Counted from the first letter of the stretch, positions 29,655-43,429 are shown. The stretch is 64,000 nucleotides of DNA from Octopus sinensis (GCF_006345805.1 NC_043001.1:70246001-70310000), one strand, 5' to 3'. Translations and numbers: made by a program. Notes: generated by a model not told the origin, from the sequence alone.

Positions 29655-30486
29655 GTTTGATTTTGTTTACATTTGCATAAGCTAGCACCAAGTCTCACCC
29701 AGAGACCTCAAGAGACAAGTTGGTAGTTCGTGTTGGTGTTATGCCTAGCGTGCCTTATATTTAGGTTTGTACTTAGTGTTGTACTAGTGAATGTCTAAAA
29801 AACCATACGAAAATTATGTTTGTTTTAAAACTTGAGATTACATAGAAAGTATTTTGCGTACGATATGAGCAGTTCCCATGAGCACTATCTTTTGAATTTC
29901 TGCCATTTTGGGGTTTCCTGATACCTGAGTTAGGTAGCAATCAGCCCCTTTTGCTATCCTTCCCAGGGCACCTATGACAACAGGTATTGTTTTAGTCTTC
30001 AGGTTCCACATTTTCCTGATTTCTATTTCCAGATCTTTATATTTACTTATTTTGTGGTAGGTCTTGACAGATACGTTTATATCGATTGGGACAGTCATAT
30101 CAATGAGGAGGCATGATTTTGTCTGACGTCTTTTAAATATGATATCCGGCCTATTCGCATATATCTTTCTGTCAGTATGAATGGTGAAATTCCAGAGGAG
30201 TGAGATGTGGTCATTTTCAAGCATTGGAGCTGGTTTGTGTTCCCAACAGTTTTTGTCATGAGGCAAGTCCAGGTTTTTGCAAATTACCCAGTGAATATAT
30301 TGTGCAGCTCTATCATGTCTGTTGAGATACTCTGTAGGCGCAAGAAGACTGCATTTGGGGAAAACATGATCAATAGTTTCATTTTGTTGTTGACATACAC
30401 GACATGTTGGGCTTCTGCCGTTCTTTAATATGTTGGCCTGGTAGTTTCTTGTAGGTAGGCATTGATCTTGAGCTGCTATGTTGACC
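29652..30486 (-). mobile_element. R4/Dong-type non-LTR retrotransposon 3' fragment (CCHC knuckle and RLE endonuclease)
   Basis: CRVCQQQNETIDHVFPKC..RHD; RPDII..LIDMTVP..KISKYKDL..IPVVIGALG; ORF 29838-30266. Confidence 0.9.
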
Positions 30487-30582
<96 letters not shown>

Positions 30583-30608
30583 TATTATCATTATCATTAT
30601 TATTATTA

Positions 30609-30650
<42 letters not shown>
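30487..30650. repeat. (ATT)n microsatellite
   Basis: Direct reading. Confidence 0.97.
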
Positions 30651-31795
30651 GACAGTAGTTTGATTTTTATCATGTGTTTTCACTGCTTTACCGAGCGCAT
30701 CTCTGTGTGCCTAGGCTATGTGCTGTGATTTGTTGCCGTGCTATTATTTTTCACTGTATTGAAAGTGTTTTAGGTAGGTTGTGTGCAGTGCCTAGTAGTG
30801 TTATTTTCTATATTTTATATATACTTGTAAATCCTGGTGTTTTTGTTATGCATTTGTCTGAATGTGTTTTTTCATCATACTTAATGCGCCTACTATAATA
30901 GGAGTCTACTGTTCTAAGGAGTGAAACCGCCCAGGTGTTGATAGCGTCAATCTTATTCCGTCCGTTTAATTTCGACTTAACGATCAGTCTCAGTCTGCGC
31001 AAGTACTACACCTTAAATTTTTCTGTTATTACTTTCTCTATCAATTTATCAATTTCCCAAATCCCCAATAATTATAGCCCGTCTCTTCTATCTGCTTCAT
31101 AACCTACCCCGACGGTATCAGTAGCACGTCCATACATTTGATTTTGCCTCTCTTCAAGACTAACACACCATACTTCTCAGTCCGAACTCCATTCTGATAT
31201 CAGCAACTGAAAGTATACACCGTATCAACGAGGAACTGACTTGGGATTCATCTTTACCATAAAGTTTGAGGTAATCCATAAATAAAAAATTGCTTAATTT
31301 TTTGTTGGTGGCTTTTGAATACATACTCAGCATTTGCTTTCCTCAGAATCAGTGTTAGTGGTATCAGGTATCAAGCACAGTACAAAGATCAGTGGGGACA
31401 GTCAGTCCCCTTGGAAGATGCCCCTCCTGATTTCTGCTATCCCTAAACTTCTGTATGCTGTCAGGTCCGTCCTCCAATTCGCCATACTTTTTCAAAACAA
31501 TACCAAATGGGTTCATACATTCCATAATCCAGGAATATGGGATCATGTCGTACGCCTTACGATAGTCGATCCATGACATGGCTAAGCTGCTTTTCCTCCT
31601 CTTGCAAGCTTCAAGTACAGTTTTGTCTATCAGGAGTTGATCCTTCGTACATCTGCACTTACGCTTGCAACCCTTCTGCTCATGTGGCAAGGCTCCATTC
31701 TTTTCCTGATGTTCGTACATTGACTCTGCGAGTATTCCAGTCAATAATTTCCACATAAGGGGCAAACAGGATATCGGCCTGTAATTGTCTACCGT
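30651..31795 (-). mobile_element. Second R4/Dong-type fragment (RT pieces joined to the C-terminus and 3' UTR)
   Basis: [52 protein letters not shown], then a jump to the LLGTAH C-terminus. Confidence 0.88.
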
Positions 31796-31889
31796 ATTGT
31801 ATTTTTTCGATGTTTTTCAAGCACAACACTGTCCTACTCAATGTAAAACACTCTGGTATTAGACATAAAAATATAACACCACACATCAT

Positions 31890-32880
31890 CTCAAACATTA
31901 CTATTTATATCAACACACAACCCCAGAAACAGTGAGGCATTCAACACTATTGTGCAAAATCTTCCTTTACTAACTAGAGATCCAAAAATGAACGACATCC
32001 TGAAAACACACAAACTCATCAAATGTAAAAAGCAAGACAAATCACTAAAGAGACTACTAACAAATGCGAAGCTTTACAAAACAACCACAAAACTAACGGT
32101 TGAAAAATGTGGACGCCCAAACTGTGGAACCTGCCCAACCTGCTTGAAGGCTCGGATTTCCTCTTCAAACAAGGACAGAGGTTCACAATTAAAACTAGTT
32201 TCACTTGTGCCTCTGAGAACCTAATTTATGTAATAACCTGCTCGGGTTGCGAACACAATAATATTGGACAGTCGACTATGACCTTGAGAAAGATATCAAC
32301 TGTACATAAAGAGCAAATCCGTTTCCCGCAATACAGGCAAATTCCTCTCAGTGAATATATAGACAAATGTGCAGATAACATCAAACCAAATTTCACAGTC
32401 TTCCCCTTCTACCAGTGCAAAGACCCAATCCCTCCAAAAGAACGTTTAAATAGAGAAACTTTTAAATAATAAAGAAAGCTTTTTCATTGAAACATACAGC
32501 GCACTTCTTAATATGCACACATAACCAACTTTTATCTTTTTACATATTTTAATTCCCGATTAATCACTGTACATAAATCCCCTCACTAAACAAGTTTTTC
32601 GAAACCTGTTTTTGTTTGCATATATATATATTCCCCTCCCATTACCGAAAGCTGAACCGTTAGCTCCCTTACCCACAACAATAACAATAATAACGATAAC
32701 CAGTTACCTCCCCTTATTTTTCTACTTGTGAAGTCATTCACTCGTAAATATTATCACACACAACATGGACAAAATTTCTTCTTAAGAAAAAAATAAATAT
32801 TCAAATAAGTAAAACATAATATCAGGAACAGCGATAGCGAAACCCATCGATATATTAAAAATTATATTAAGACTATGTAA
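31890..32880 (+). mobile_element. Penelope-like element 3' fragment (linker, GIY-YIG, 3' UTR)
   Basis: CGRPNCGTC; FTCASENLIYVITCSGCEHNNIGQS..VHKEQI; homologous to 5500-6109. Confidence 0.88.
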
Positions 32881-32937
32881 AGTGTGCGTATTCTCCTTTT
32901 TTCATTTCTCATATACACACACACACACACATATATA

Positions 32938-32992
<55 letters not shown>

Positions 32993-33014
32993 TACATATG
33001 CGTGTGTGTGTGTG

Positions 33015-33148
33015 TGTTCAAATTACGCCAAGGTCGACTTTGCCTTTCGGTGTCGATAAATTAAATACCAATTGCGTATTGGATGCGATGTAATCGACTC
33101 GCCCCCTTCCCCTAAACATTTCGGCCATTGTGCCTAGAGTAGAAAATA
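33015..33148 (+). mobile_element. SINE family A fragment
   Basis: gttcaaattacgccaaggtcgactttgcctttcgg matches the family core. Confidence 0.7.
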
Positions 33149-33172
33149 ATACAGACACACACACACACACAA

Positions 33173-33301
<129 letters not shown>

Positions 33302-33520
33302 ATATATATATATATATATGCAAAATAATAAAATGGAGGAATACACCTTAATCAATAATCAACTACCAGATAATACCCATTCACATAATTTATTAACCAA
33401 CTACATATGAACAAACATAACAGTACAGAACAAAACAGTGCACATCAATGAGTAATATGATACAATAAGTACAATATGTATAAATAAATATAAATAAGTA
33501 TAAATATAAATATAAACTAT

Positions 33521-33643
33521 ATCTTACAGCTGTTTCAGCCATGTAGATATGAATATCTCATTATGCTCATATTAGGTGTGATAAGTTAATATGTGGTTAC
33601 AAATGAGATACTTACAAATATATCCCAAGGCCTCTTCAGAGAT
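33521..33643 (-). ncRNA. Type I hammerhead with long stem II insertion, intact core
   Basis: Minus strand: ATCT CTGAAGA GGCC..GGCT GAAA, stem III ACAGCTGT, A17, then AGAT. Confidence 0.78.
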
Positions 33644-34279
33644 TATAAAGTGCAATCCAAATATGAATATAAGAGAAGGTACACCTATACAAGAATGAGT
33701 ACATAATATATAATATACACATGCATATAAGTGTATATACACATGCGCCTATATATATATAAGTATATACATAATAATATATAATAATATACATATATAC
33801 ATATATATATGCACATGAATGTTTGTGTGAGTGTTTCTGTATGTGTATCCCTGTTTATCCCCCCCTTCATCGCTGGTGTGTTTATGAACCCGTAACTTAG
33901 CGGTTTGACAAAACAGAAGGATAAAATATATTCTAGGTTTTCACGGAATATGTTCTGGGGTAGTTTTCTTCGACTATAACACTTTAAGGTGTTGCTACAG
34001 CAACTGATAGAGAAAAAAGAATACGTATGCGTGTGTGTCTGTCTTTGTGGGTGTGTATGTGTGTGTGTGTTTTCAATTTCATTAAACTATATCTGATACT
34101 CAATTTGCTGATGTAAACATCGTTTTGCCTAAAATTATAGAGAAAATATGTCTAACTACATATCTCTCGGGAAATTTATCTATATTCCTGGTCATATACG
34201 CCATATCGGTCTACGTAAAGTCACTCTCTACTAATGTGCCTCCAACTTAATAATATTTGAGTGAATTGGCGTGTGTATA

Positions 34280-35325
34280 CAGGGGTTGGACAAAATAGTG
34301 GAAACACCAAGCATCATAATTCTGAAATATCTATAAAACCGTCAAAACTTGTTTATTTTTATGTTTTTTATTTATTATTAGTATTGCTTAATATGTTTTG
34401 CTCACATTGCTGTTTCTTTTCAGATGTCAGAAGAAATAGGTAATTAAAATTCATTAAAATGGCAGATCTATCGGACTTTCAAATTGTTGATGCTCGTATA
34501 GCGGGAGCTAGCGTAAAGAAAACAGCTGAAATGCTTGGTGTATCAAGAAGTACTCGAAAGTAGTGACAGCGTTTGAGAAAGAGGGAAAAAACCTCCTCGT
34601 GGAAACAAAAATCCGGAAGAAAACCAAAACTTTCAGATAGGGACCGTTGGACTCTTACGCGAATTGTTAGAAAGGATCACGAAAATGCAGCAGCCAAAAT
34701 TACTGCAGAGCTTTATAACCCCTCGAGATGCCAGTTTACACAAAACTGTTTGCCGGGAGCTGCACAAAACAGTATACGTGTGGAGACACCCAAACCAAGC
34801 ATCTGACCCAGACTGCTTTTTCCAACTGTGATAATCTGGGGACCTGTATCATGGAAATCTGCCAGCCCAATGGTTTCCTCCCATGGCAGAATTAATAGTC
34901 AAGTCTATTTAAGCATTTTATCTGATCAAATTGATCCTATGGTCGTGGAACAGTTTCCGGAGGGAAACACAATCTTTCAGGATGATAATGCCTCAATTCA
35001 CACAGTTAAAGTTGCTACTGAATGACATGAGGAACATTCTAGTGAAGTTCAAAATCTTATCTGGTCACCACAGTCCCCAGATCTCTATATTATTGAACAT
35101 TTATGGCGCATTTTAGAAGTAAGGGGTCTATATCCTCCACCATCATCACTACAAGAACTGGAGACTGCTTTAGAGAAACATTCCTTTGGAACCAATTCAA
35201 ACTTTGAACGAGTCCATACCTCGTAGTTATTGAAGCTGTAATTACTGACAAAGGCAGCCCTAACCCATAAAAAAATTAATTTGTTTGAAATTTTAAGGTG
35301 TTTCCATTATTTTGTCCAACCACTG
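34280..35325 (+). mobile_element. Tc1-like DNA transposon, internally deleted
   Basis: 29-bp TIRs with 2 mismatches, TA on both sides; MADLSDFQ..GASVKKTAEMLGVSRS, SGRKPKLSDRD, IFQDDNASIH, SPQSPDL. Confidence 0.93.
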
Positions 35326-35669
35326 TATCTACGCAAAAAAAAACGTACATATTGAATTTCTGAGTTGTATTGATCAAGCAATGGTTGTCAAGTAGACCAC
35401 CTATTTAATTATATTGAATCACATCTATCTATTTATCTAAGAACGATACTTATATCTCGTGGTTATATATGTTTAAATGACCAACATATGTAAGCTTAGG
35501 TATTTATCAAAACCACGTTTATTCACCTAATTCCCTCGTATTTCTCTGTCGGAAATAAGTCCTTCACTTATTATATAGAATCGGAGATAACTATAGTTCA
35601 ATACGAACTCATTTATTTTCCCTGTATAAATACGCATACAATCAAATATTTGTGTGTGTGTAGATATGC

Positions 35670-35794
<125 letters not shown>

Positions 35795-35881
35795 CATATA
35801 CATATACACATGTATATATGATTATATGCATATAGACATATATGTATACGTACACATACACAGAAAAATATGTGTGTATGT

Positions 35882-36352
35882 ATTCTTGTATTCTTTTACA
35901 CGTTTCAGTCATTTCACTGTGGCCATGCTCGAGCACTGCATATCGTTCAACAAATCGACCCCAGGACATATTTTTTGTAACCCTAGTACTTGTTCTTTCG
36001 TTCACTTATGCCGAACCCCTAAGTTACGCACACGGAAACACACCAACATTGGTTGTCAAGCGATGGTGGGGGGACAAACACACACAAAAATACACACATA
36101 CATACATGCATGCATACATGCATGCATACATACATACATACATACATACATACATACATACATACATACATACGTACATACATACATACATACATACATA
36201 CACGCTTGTTTCAGTTTCCGTCTAACAAATCGATTAGAAGGCTTTGGTTAGCTATAGTAGAAGACACTCGCCCAACTTGCCACGCAGTAGGATTGAACTC
36301 GTTATCATGTGGTTATGAAGCAAGCTTCTTACCACACAGCCACGCCTGCGTC
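35882..36352 (-). mobile_element. SINE family B, full length with internal (TACA)n
   Basis: tRNA-like head at the right end (gtggctgtgtggtaag on minus), shared body. Confidence 0.85.
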
Positions 36353-37482
36353 TATAAAATATGCATATATAGCTACATAATTATGTGTGTGCGCATGTAT
36401 GTGACTGATGAGTGTGCGCGCGTGTTTCTGCATTTGTGTGTGTTTGTTTGTGTGTGCAAGTGTGTGCTCGTACCTACAACTTAAGTATATTACAAGTGAT
36501 TAATTAATTAGTGGGACACACGATCACACACACATGCGCACACACACATACACATATAGGAGCTTATACACGGTGTGCTCTCTTTCCATTCTATATGTGC
36601 GCAAACATTCTAATACCTGTATTACATACAGATATATGCATACACTATCTGCTACGTATGAATTGATATAACGTTTTTGATTTATAATCACAAACATATT
36701 TTTTGCTTCCTTAAATATATGGAACAAAATAATATTTGTTTACCTATTTATGTTCAGAAGAGCAATAAATATTATCTCCTTAATAGTATATTTATACATC
36801 AGTTCATGGAACAGTGCACATTTTCTTATCGTTTTACATATTATAACTTACTCAAATGACAGATAGATATTTACATATATTGCGTTAGTTATAAATTGAG
36901 AACACCTACATATAGCTAAAAATGCATATACATACCGCGATTATGCATATTCTTAAGTCGAACATACGTGTATGAGTGCCTGAATATATGAGCTGCATTT
37001 GAGAACAAACGTGAAGTATAGAAAAAATCACTGTGCTGACTAGTTTGTTTCTTTTTACGAAGATCTAGGCATTTCTGAGTTATGTTGATCCTTATTCGAT
37101 TTCACGTTTATAGTACGCCAGTATGCTCACTTCTAGACACATTTATAAAAAAAAATTGTCAGCATCAAATCTAAGTGTTCTATACCGAGGAGTATGTATG
37201 CGTCATTGGCATCGAAAGCGTTTTGAGACCTAATCCATCTCTGAAGTTATTTTTGAAGATCAGTACTTAATCTCTCTGTCTTTTTGATGGACTACTCAGT
37301 TACGGAGAAGCGAACAAACTAACACTTGTTGTAAAGAGGTGGTGGAAGACAAACATAAAGAATAAAGACCCTCATACTCAAACGTCTACATGCATACATG
37401 CAAACATACGTACAAACATACGTACAATCATTCATGCATGCATGCATTCATACATACATACATACATACATACATACATACA

Positions 37483-37860
37483 TACATACAGTCATTGGAC
37501 TACGGCAAACCTGGGCCCTGCTTTGAGGGTTTTGATCGAAGAAATGAAGCCCTGTAAATATTTCTTTAGTCTTGTACTAGTCCTATTGCATCTTTTTTTC
37601 GCTGAACCGCAACGTTATGGAGACTTTAAAAAAACAACAGTGATTCTCATGCAGTGTAGCGAGGAACGAACATAAACACAGTGGCACACACACACATGTT
37701 TAAAGTGCTTCCTCACAATTTCCATCTATTAAATTCATTCACAGAGCATTACTCAATCCAAAATACATCAGAAGATACCGACCCAAGGTATCACACAGTA
37801 GGCTGAACCCGAACATGTGTGGTTGCATAGTATCTTAAGCACATACCTATGTCTACGCAT
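37483..37860 (-). mobile_element. SINE family B, diverged
   Basis: Alignable to the other family B copies. Confidence 0.65.
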
Positions 37861-39039
37861 GTGAGTTATCTTCAATTTTTTATTATTTGAAGCGTAGCTT
37901 GCAGAAAGGTGCTGGGTTCTAACAAAGATACAAAACTACATCACTGAAATGTAGATAAAAGAAAATTCACAGTTGGAAATTATGAAAAGTTTTGTCAATT
38001 TTAATCTATTACGCTTACAAACTGTATTTGTATTTTTAATGTCCGTATTAGCTAATTGAATCCTTATCCCAAAAAGTCTAGCTGTTCCAGATTGTCACTT
38101 ATGATTTCACCCACAAAATTAAGTGTACCAATCATTTTTGGTATGAGTGATAATTGATCATCTGGGTATAACATCACGATCTTTTGAAGTCGTTGGCTGT
38201 AGTTACCTTTTTACTATTTGCTTTTACAAAAGATATAATCATCAGCAAGGTAGCGAAGCCTTCGCTGTCTCTTTTATTCATAAAGTATTTTGTGGAAATG
38301 TGTAGTTCTGCGATTGCAAATGATTTGCTTATGAATTATAATGTGAGAAAGCGGTCACAAGTCAAAGAAAGGCTGCTCTTCATGTCGATATAACTGTCAT
38401 TTTCAAATATATGAATATGTACGTGAGCGACGGTACGTGTGTGTATCCGTCAGAGCAGTGTACAATTTTCGAATAGACTTTGTTTTCAGCGGCTATTTCT
38501 TCCCGACATATCTTAGTACCACCGGCACTAAATCAACAGAAGCCCATCAAAAAGAACTGTTTTTCTTCTATAGTTTTCCATAAATTCGTACGCACAAATA
38601 TGGCTTCGCTATTCATACATTCTGTCGGTCCAAATTTCTTTAGAGATGATGCATGAATTGGAAGCCTTAATTGGTATGGCAACAAAGCTAATTCCTCTGG
38701 GTACATGACGTTAGAATGATGGAAATCTTTCAAATACTAAGTCGTGTTTGCGTCGGAAAAAATTTAATTTGCGCGAATGATGCTATTATTACTCAATATT
38801 GAATTCACAGAAATAGCGTCACTGAAAGTACGAAAACATATTTGTCTTGCTGAAAGTTCACCGAAACACGTTGCGAACTTAAAGACAATTCATCTTGGTA
38901 ACACATACACGCAAATACACGCGCACTTGTATGTATTTATATGCAGATATGTATGTGGGGAGAGAAAGAGAAGGAGAGGAAAACAGAGATTGGTACACAG
39001 AAAGAAAGAAATATAAATAGAGAGATACGTAGACATGTA

Positions 39040-39135
39040 AACTGGAGGTGGTGGCGTTGGTGGAGGTGGTAGTGGTTATGGTGGCGGCCGCCATCTTCGG
39101 CTTCGTCGAGCTCCCCCTCCTCTTTATCGCTGTGA
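39040..39135 (-). promoter_or_regulatory. CpG-rich patch with YY1-type AAGATGGCGGC motif (candidate 5' end of a gene)
   Basis: GCCGCCATCTT at 39087-39097, GCGGCCGC at 39084-39091, non-repetitive surroundings. Confidence 0.4.
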
Positions 39136-39390
39136 AATAGATCTCCGATGTTCTATGACAAAAATTCAGTTGTTTGATCACTAAATAAACTGATCGTGCA
39201 ATCATTAACATTAATACATTACGTTCTGTACAATTAACGTAATTATAAGACAAAATCAACGTCACAAAGTGCATGACAAGCTTGTACTTTTAAATTACAA
39301 CTGCAATCTATCCGACACGCTTCCATACAGTTTCTAACTACCTATTGCATTCACACTTTATTTTAAAATTTATACATATGTACGTAAGCA

Positions 39391-39456
<66 letters not shown>

Positions 39457-39477
39457 CATATATACATATACACTCAC

Positions 39478-39820
39478 AAATAAGAAATGCCAAACAAAGC
39501 AATAAATTGAACAATTCAATTTGATTTAAATATTTTACACAAATAAATAATACATCTCATAAATTACAGCTGTCTCCGCTTCATTAATAAAACGAAGTTT
39601 TTTCAAGAATAATCCAATCGCTTTAAACATGTAATGATGCTTCATCAGATAGACATATCTGCTTAAATATTTTAGGAAGAATATCAACTGAAAATATTTA
39701 TAATTGCTAAGGCATTACAAAGACGCTGTATAAGAGTGAGTAGGATATAATCTAAATGAAATTAGGTAAATTCATAAACTTATGTCTATAAATATTCCGT
39801 TCTATAAGCGACTTCTTTGC
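39478..39820 (-). mobile_element. HHR-bearing PLE-like terminal repeat, copy 1
   Basis: Reverse complement of 44410-44750; HHR-like 39563-39650 with CTGATGA but GAGA in place of GAAA. Confidence 0.75.
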
Positions 39821-40437
39821 ACAATGCTCACACATTCAATTATGCGTATTTATATATACTTATATATACATACATACACCCACTATTTATGTATACATTC
39901 ATACATAAATACCCCCACACACACGTACGTATACATAGTTGCAAGTACACATACACAACTTTAGTTATTCCTCTTTCTCTCTCTCTATATATATATACAT
40001 ATATATGAGTTATTTTACAATTTACATATACAATTCATACGCACAGTTTATTTATTTATGTTAAAACATTATCTTATATATTAATTCAAAACCAAATATC
40101 ATTCAATTGACTATTAGAATGCAGGGGAAATAACTACTTTTCCGTTTATAAAAATAAGACGAAAAGCAAAATCAATTCTATACGGTCTACAAATACTAAC
40201 AACGAGCCAAAATAACAAGTTCAATAAGATAAATATGGTATATCTACATATATAATCCATTATTCATTTACTCACATACATATATTTATCGATTCTTATA
40301 AACCAAACTAGAAATGAAACCAACTCTATACGGACATGGAGACATAAAATTGCATACATACATCAAAACCAAAATAATACCAACATAAAACAATTTATTG
40401 TTTTAGTTTCCATCTAGCCTTCACGCTTACATATATA

Positions 40438-40538
<101 letters not shown>

Positions 40539-40586
40539 ACACACACACACACATACATATATATATATAATATATATATATATATA

Positions 40587-41798
40587 CTAGCTGAAGGTGA
40601 CCCGCTCTACGCGCGGGTAAGAGTGTGGGTGTTACTTTCTGTTGCTTCCTTTCAGCACGTAAAAAGCACCATCCGAACGTGGCCGATTGCAGCACCGCCT
40701 TGACTTGCTTCTGTGCTGGTGGCACGTAAAAAGCACCAACCGATCGTTGCCTCTGCGAGCCCCCCTGGCACCAGTGCCGTCGGCACGAAAAAAGCACTCA
40801 CTACACTCACAGTGTGGTTGGCGTTAGGAAGGTCATCCACCTGTAGAAACACTGCCAGATCAGACTGGAGCCTGGTGCAGCCTCCTGGCTTCCGAGACCC
40901 GGTCACACTGCCCAACCCGTATTTGTTTCTCTCCGTATTTGTTTCTCTCTCCTTTCTCTCTCACTTTCCCACTCTCTTACTTTTCTTTTCTCTCTGACTC
41001 TCCCTCGCTTTCTCTTACTCTCTATCTTTATCTATCTCTCTCCCATTTATAAACAACAGAAGATCTTGAGTAAGTTGAGAAATAAAATATTTAGAAAGAT
41101 CAATCAGAAATATGAGGCAGTGGCAATGGAAAGGTCTGCTTCAAGGCAGACAGCAAAACGCTAACATTCAAAAGGGACAGACGAACTTGCGAGCTGAATA
41201 AAAATAATAAAATATTGGAAACCAAAGTTTGAAGGGATAGAATCTGAGGATAGTAGAGTCACCATGGCTGGCATTTGTTAACGACGGACAGCAACGTAGT
41301 GACAGTTTAACGGCTGGCGTAAAATTTTGAACTTGATGTAAAAGAAAATTCGTAAACACCAATTTTTGAAGTGATTCTTTCTCACGACAGTAGACTCACC
41401 ATGGCAAGCATTCAAAACTTCTTTATCATGGACGGCAACACATTGACGATTAAAAGGCTGGTGCAAATTTTTTAGCTTGATGCAACAGAGAATTCCTAAA
41501 CACCCGCTCTTTGAAATTTTAATCCCCTTCCAGCCCCATTTAGACCCCTTTTCACATTTTGGTTAATATAACCCGATTTCATTCGGGTGTACTGGGGCCA
41601 CATTTTATAAGATGAGGAATTTTGTCCTAGAGGTGACGCCTTTCATTTGAGGAACAAAATAGTTGTGATGCAAACTTGTCAGCACCTTTAACATAGGTGT
41701 GCATATTTTCAGGTGAATCGACCAACTACGTAATGCACACATATATATATGTGTATATATATATATGTGTGTGTGTGTGCACGCATTATATATACAGA
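40587..41798 (-). mobile_element. Non-autonomous Helitron carrying a nested repeat
   Basis: Minus 5' A|TCTGTATATATAATGC at 41798; 3' CTAG|T at 40587 with ACCCGC/GCGGGT hairpin at 40600-40618. Linking the two ends is inference. Confidence 0.65.
40655..40920 (+). mobile_element. SINE/LINE 3' tail with three gcacgtaaaaagcac sub-repeats
   Basis: Direct reading of the sub-repeats; gtggttggcgttaggaagg..catcca..gtagaaac tail. Confidence 0.65.
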
Positions 41799-41922
41799 TG
41801 TATACAAATGAGATATATATCTGTATAAATTAAATTAGAGATAAAACCACTAATAGGCAAATCAAACAGTGAAAAACCAAAAACAAAAACATAAAAAAAG
41901 AAAATATAACATAGAAAATATA

Positions 41923-42941
41923 TCTATATATATAAAACTGTAGTTGTGTGAGTGTCTGTCCCCTTCGATTTAGATTCCTAACTACTCCCAAATTTTGCGG
42001 TGCAGTTTAACCAAATTCGGGTATCTTATAGTCGTGATTCATATCGAGCCCGTCTGGGTATTAGCGCGCGTCTACGATGAGTGTACGATTTAAAAAACAA
42101 TTTAACATCATTTTTTATTCCATTTTAATGCATATTTTTTCGTGTGTCGATGGCGGCGGAGTTGGCGTCCACGCTCACGCCTGCACCTGTGTTGCTTCTC
42201 CCCCTTCTTCCCTCCCTCGTGAAGCTGTGGGGAAGGGAGTGTAAGGAAATCAACGTCGTAATGCGTTGTGAAGGAGACCAGCGTTCTTTTAGAACAACGA
42301 CTTCATGGCTTGAAGTCGCCAAAACAGAAATCGCTAAAAAAGCTGAAACAGATCCACAAAAACGGCAAAAACCGCTACACAGGGCAGGTTTCCTGTGCAA
42401 ACAATTTGCACAACCGAATGTTTTAGTTGTTGCACAAATCTTTATATATCAAAGTAAGGTTGTGTGTCTGTCTCCTACGATTTAGATTCCTAACTACTCC
42501 CACATTTTGCGGTGCAGTGTAACCAAAACCGGGTATCTTATAGTCGTGATTCATATCGAGCCCTTCTGGGTATTAGCGCGCGTCTACGATGAGTCTACGA
42601 TTTAAAAAAAAAATTACCATCATTTTTTATTCCATTTTAATGCATTTTTCGCTATTATATAAGGGAAGTAACTCTCTAAAAATGTCTACGATGAGTCAAC
42701 GATTAAAAAAAAAATTACCATCATTTTTTAATTCCATTTTAATGCATTTTTCGCAATTTATTTAAGGGAAGTAACTCTGTAAAAATGTCTACGATGAGTC
42801 AACGATTTAAAAAAGAAATTACTATCATTTTTTATTCCATCTTTAAGTCATTTTTTGCTATTTTTTTTGCTATAACTCACTAAAACTGCTTATATAGTTA
42901 TTTCCCTTACAAACCCGAGCAACGCCGGGCGATACTGCTAG
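41923..42941 (+). mobile_element. Composite non-autonomous Helitron (two 5' ends, one 3' end)
   Basis: A|TCTATATATATAAAAC at 41923; second A|TC start at 42439; CCCG..CGGG hairpin at 42914-42929; CTAG|T at 42938-42941. Confidence 0.85.
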
Positions 42942-43089
42942 TAAAATATAAAATTGAAAACTTTAAATTAGTTAAATTGAAAATAAAAATTATGAAATTA
43001 TATTTATAATTTGTTTAAAAATATATATAACTATGAAAAAGTATGAAAAAGTTTAATATACATAAATACAGATATATACACTTTGTATA

Positions 43090-43360
43090 TATACATTATA
43101 TATATACATATTTATATATAGAACACACACACACACATACATTATATATACATATTATATATAGAACACACACACACACATACATTATATATACATATTT
43201 ATATATAGAACACACACACACACATACATTATATATACATATTTATATATAGAACACACACACACACACATACATTATATATACATATTTATATATAGAA
43301 CACACACACACATACATTATATATACATATATATATAGAACACACACACACACACACATA
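43090..43360. repeat. Minisatellite of about 44 bp, 6 copies, built from TA/CA microsatellite
   Basis: gaacacac recurs at 43121, 43164, 43208, 43252, 43298 and 43338. Confidence 0.9.
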
Positions 43361-43429
43361 TAAATGAACGCAAGAATATCTGATTCATAATATTTGTTCT
43401 CATGCTCGTGTGTTGATTGTTGGTGACAG

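Noticed and set aside
38533-38733. Minus ORF YPEELALLPYQLRLPIHASSLKKFGP with spacing like the Pif1/Helitron YPxEFLNSLxxxGLPPHxLxLK motif
   Set aside because: Only spacing-level resemblance, and the following motif is misplaced; needs an HMM search.
42454-42459. GTAAGG splice donor ending the Helitron-internal ORF
   Set aside because: Falls inside the second Helitron 5' terminus, so it is probably incidental.
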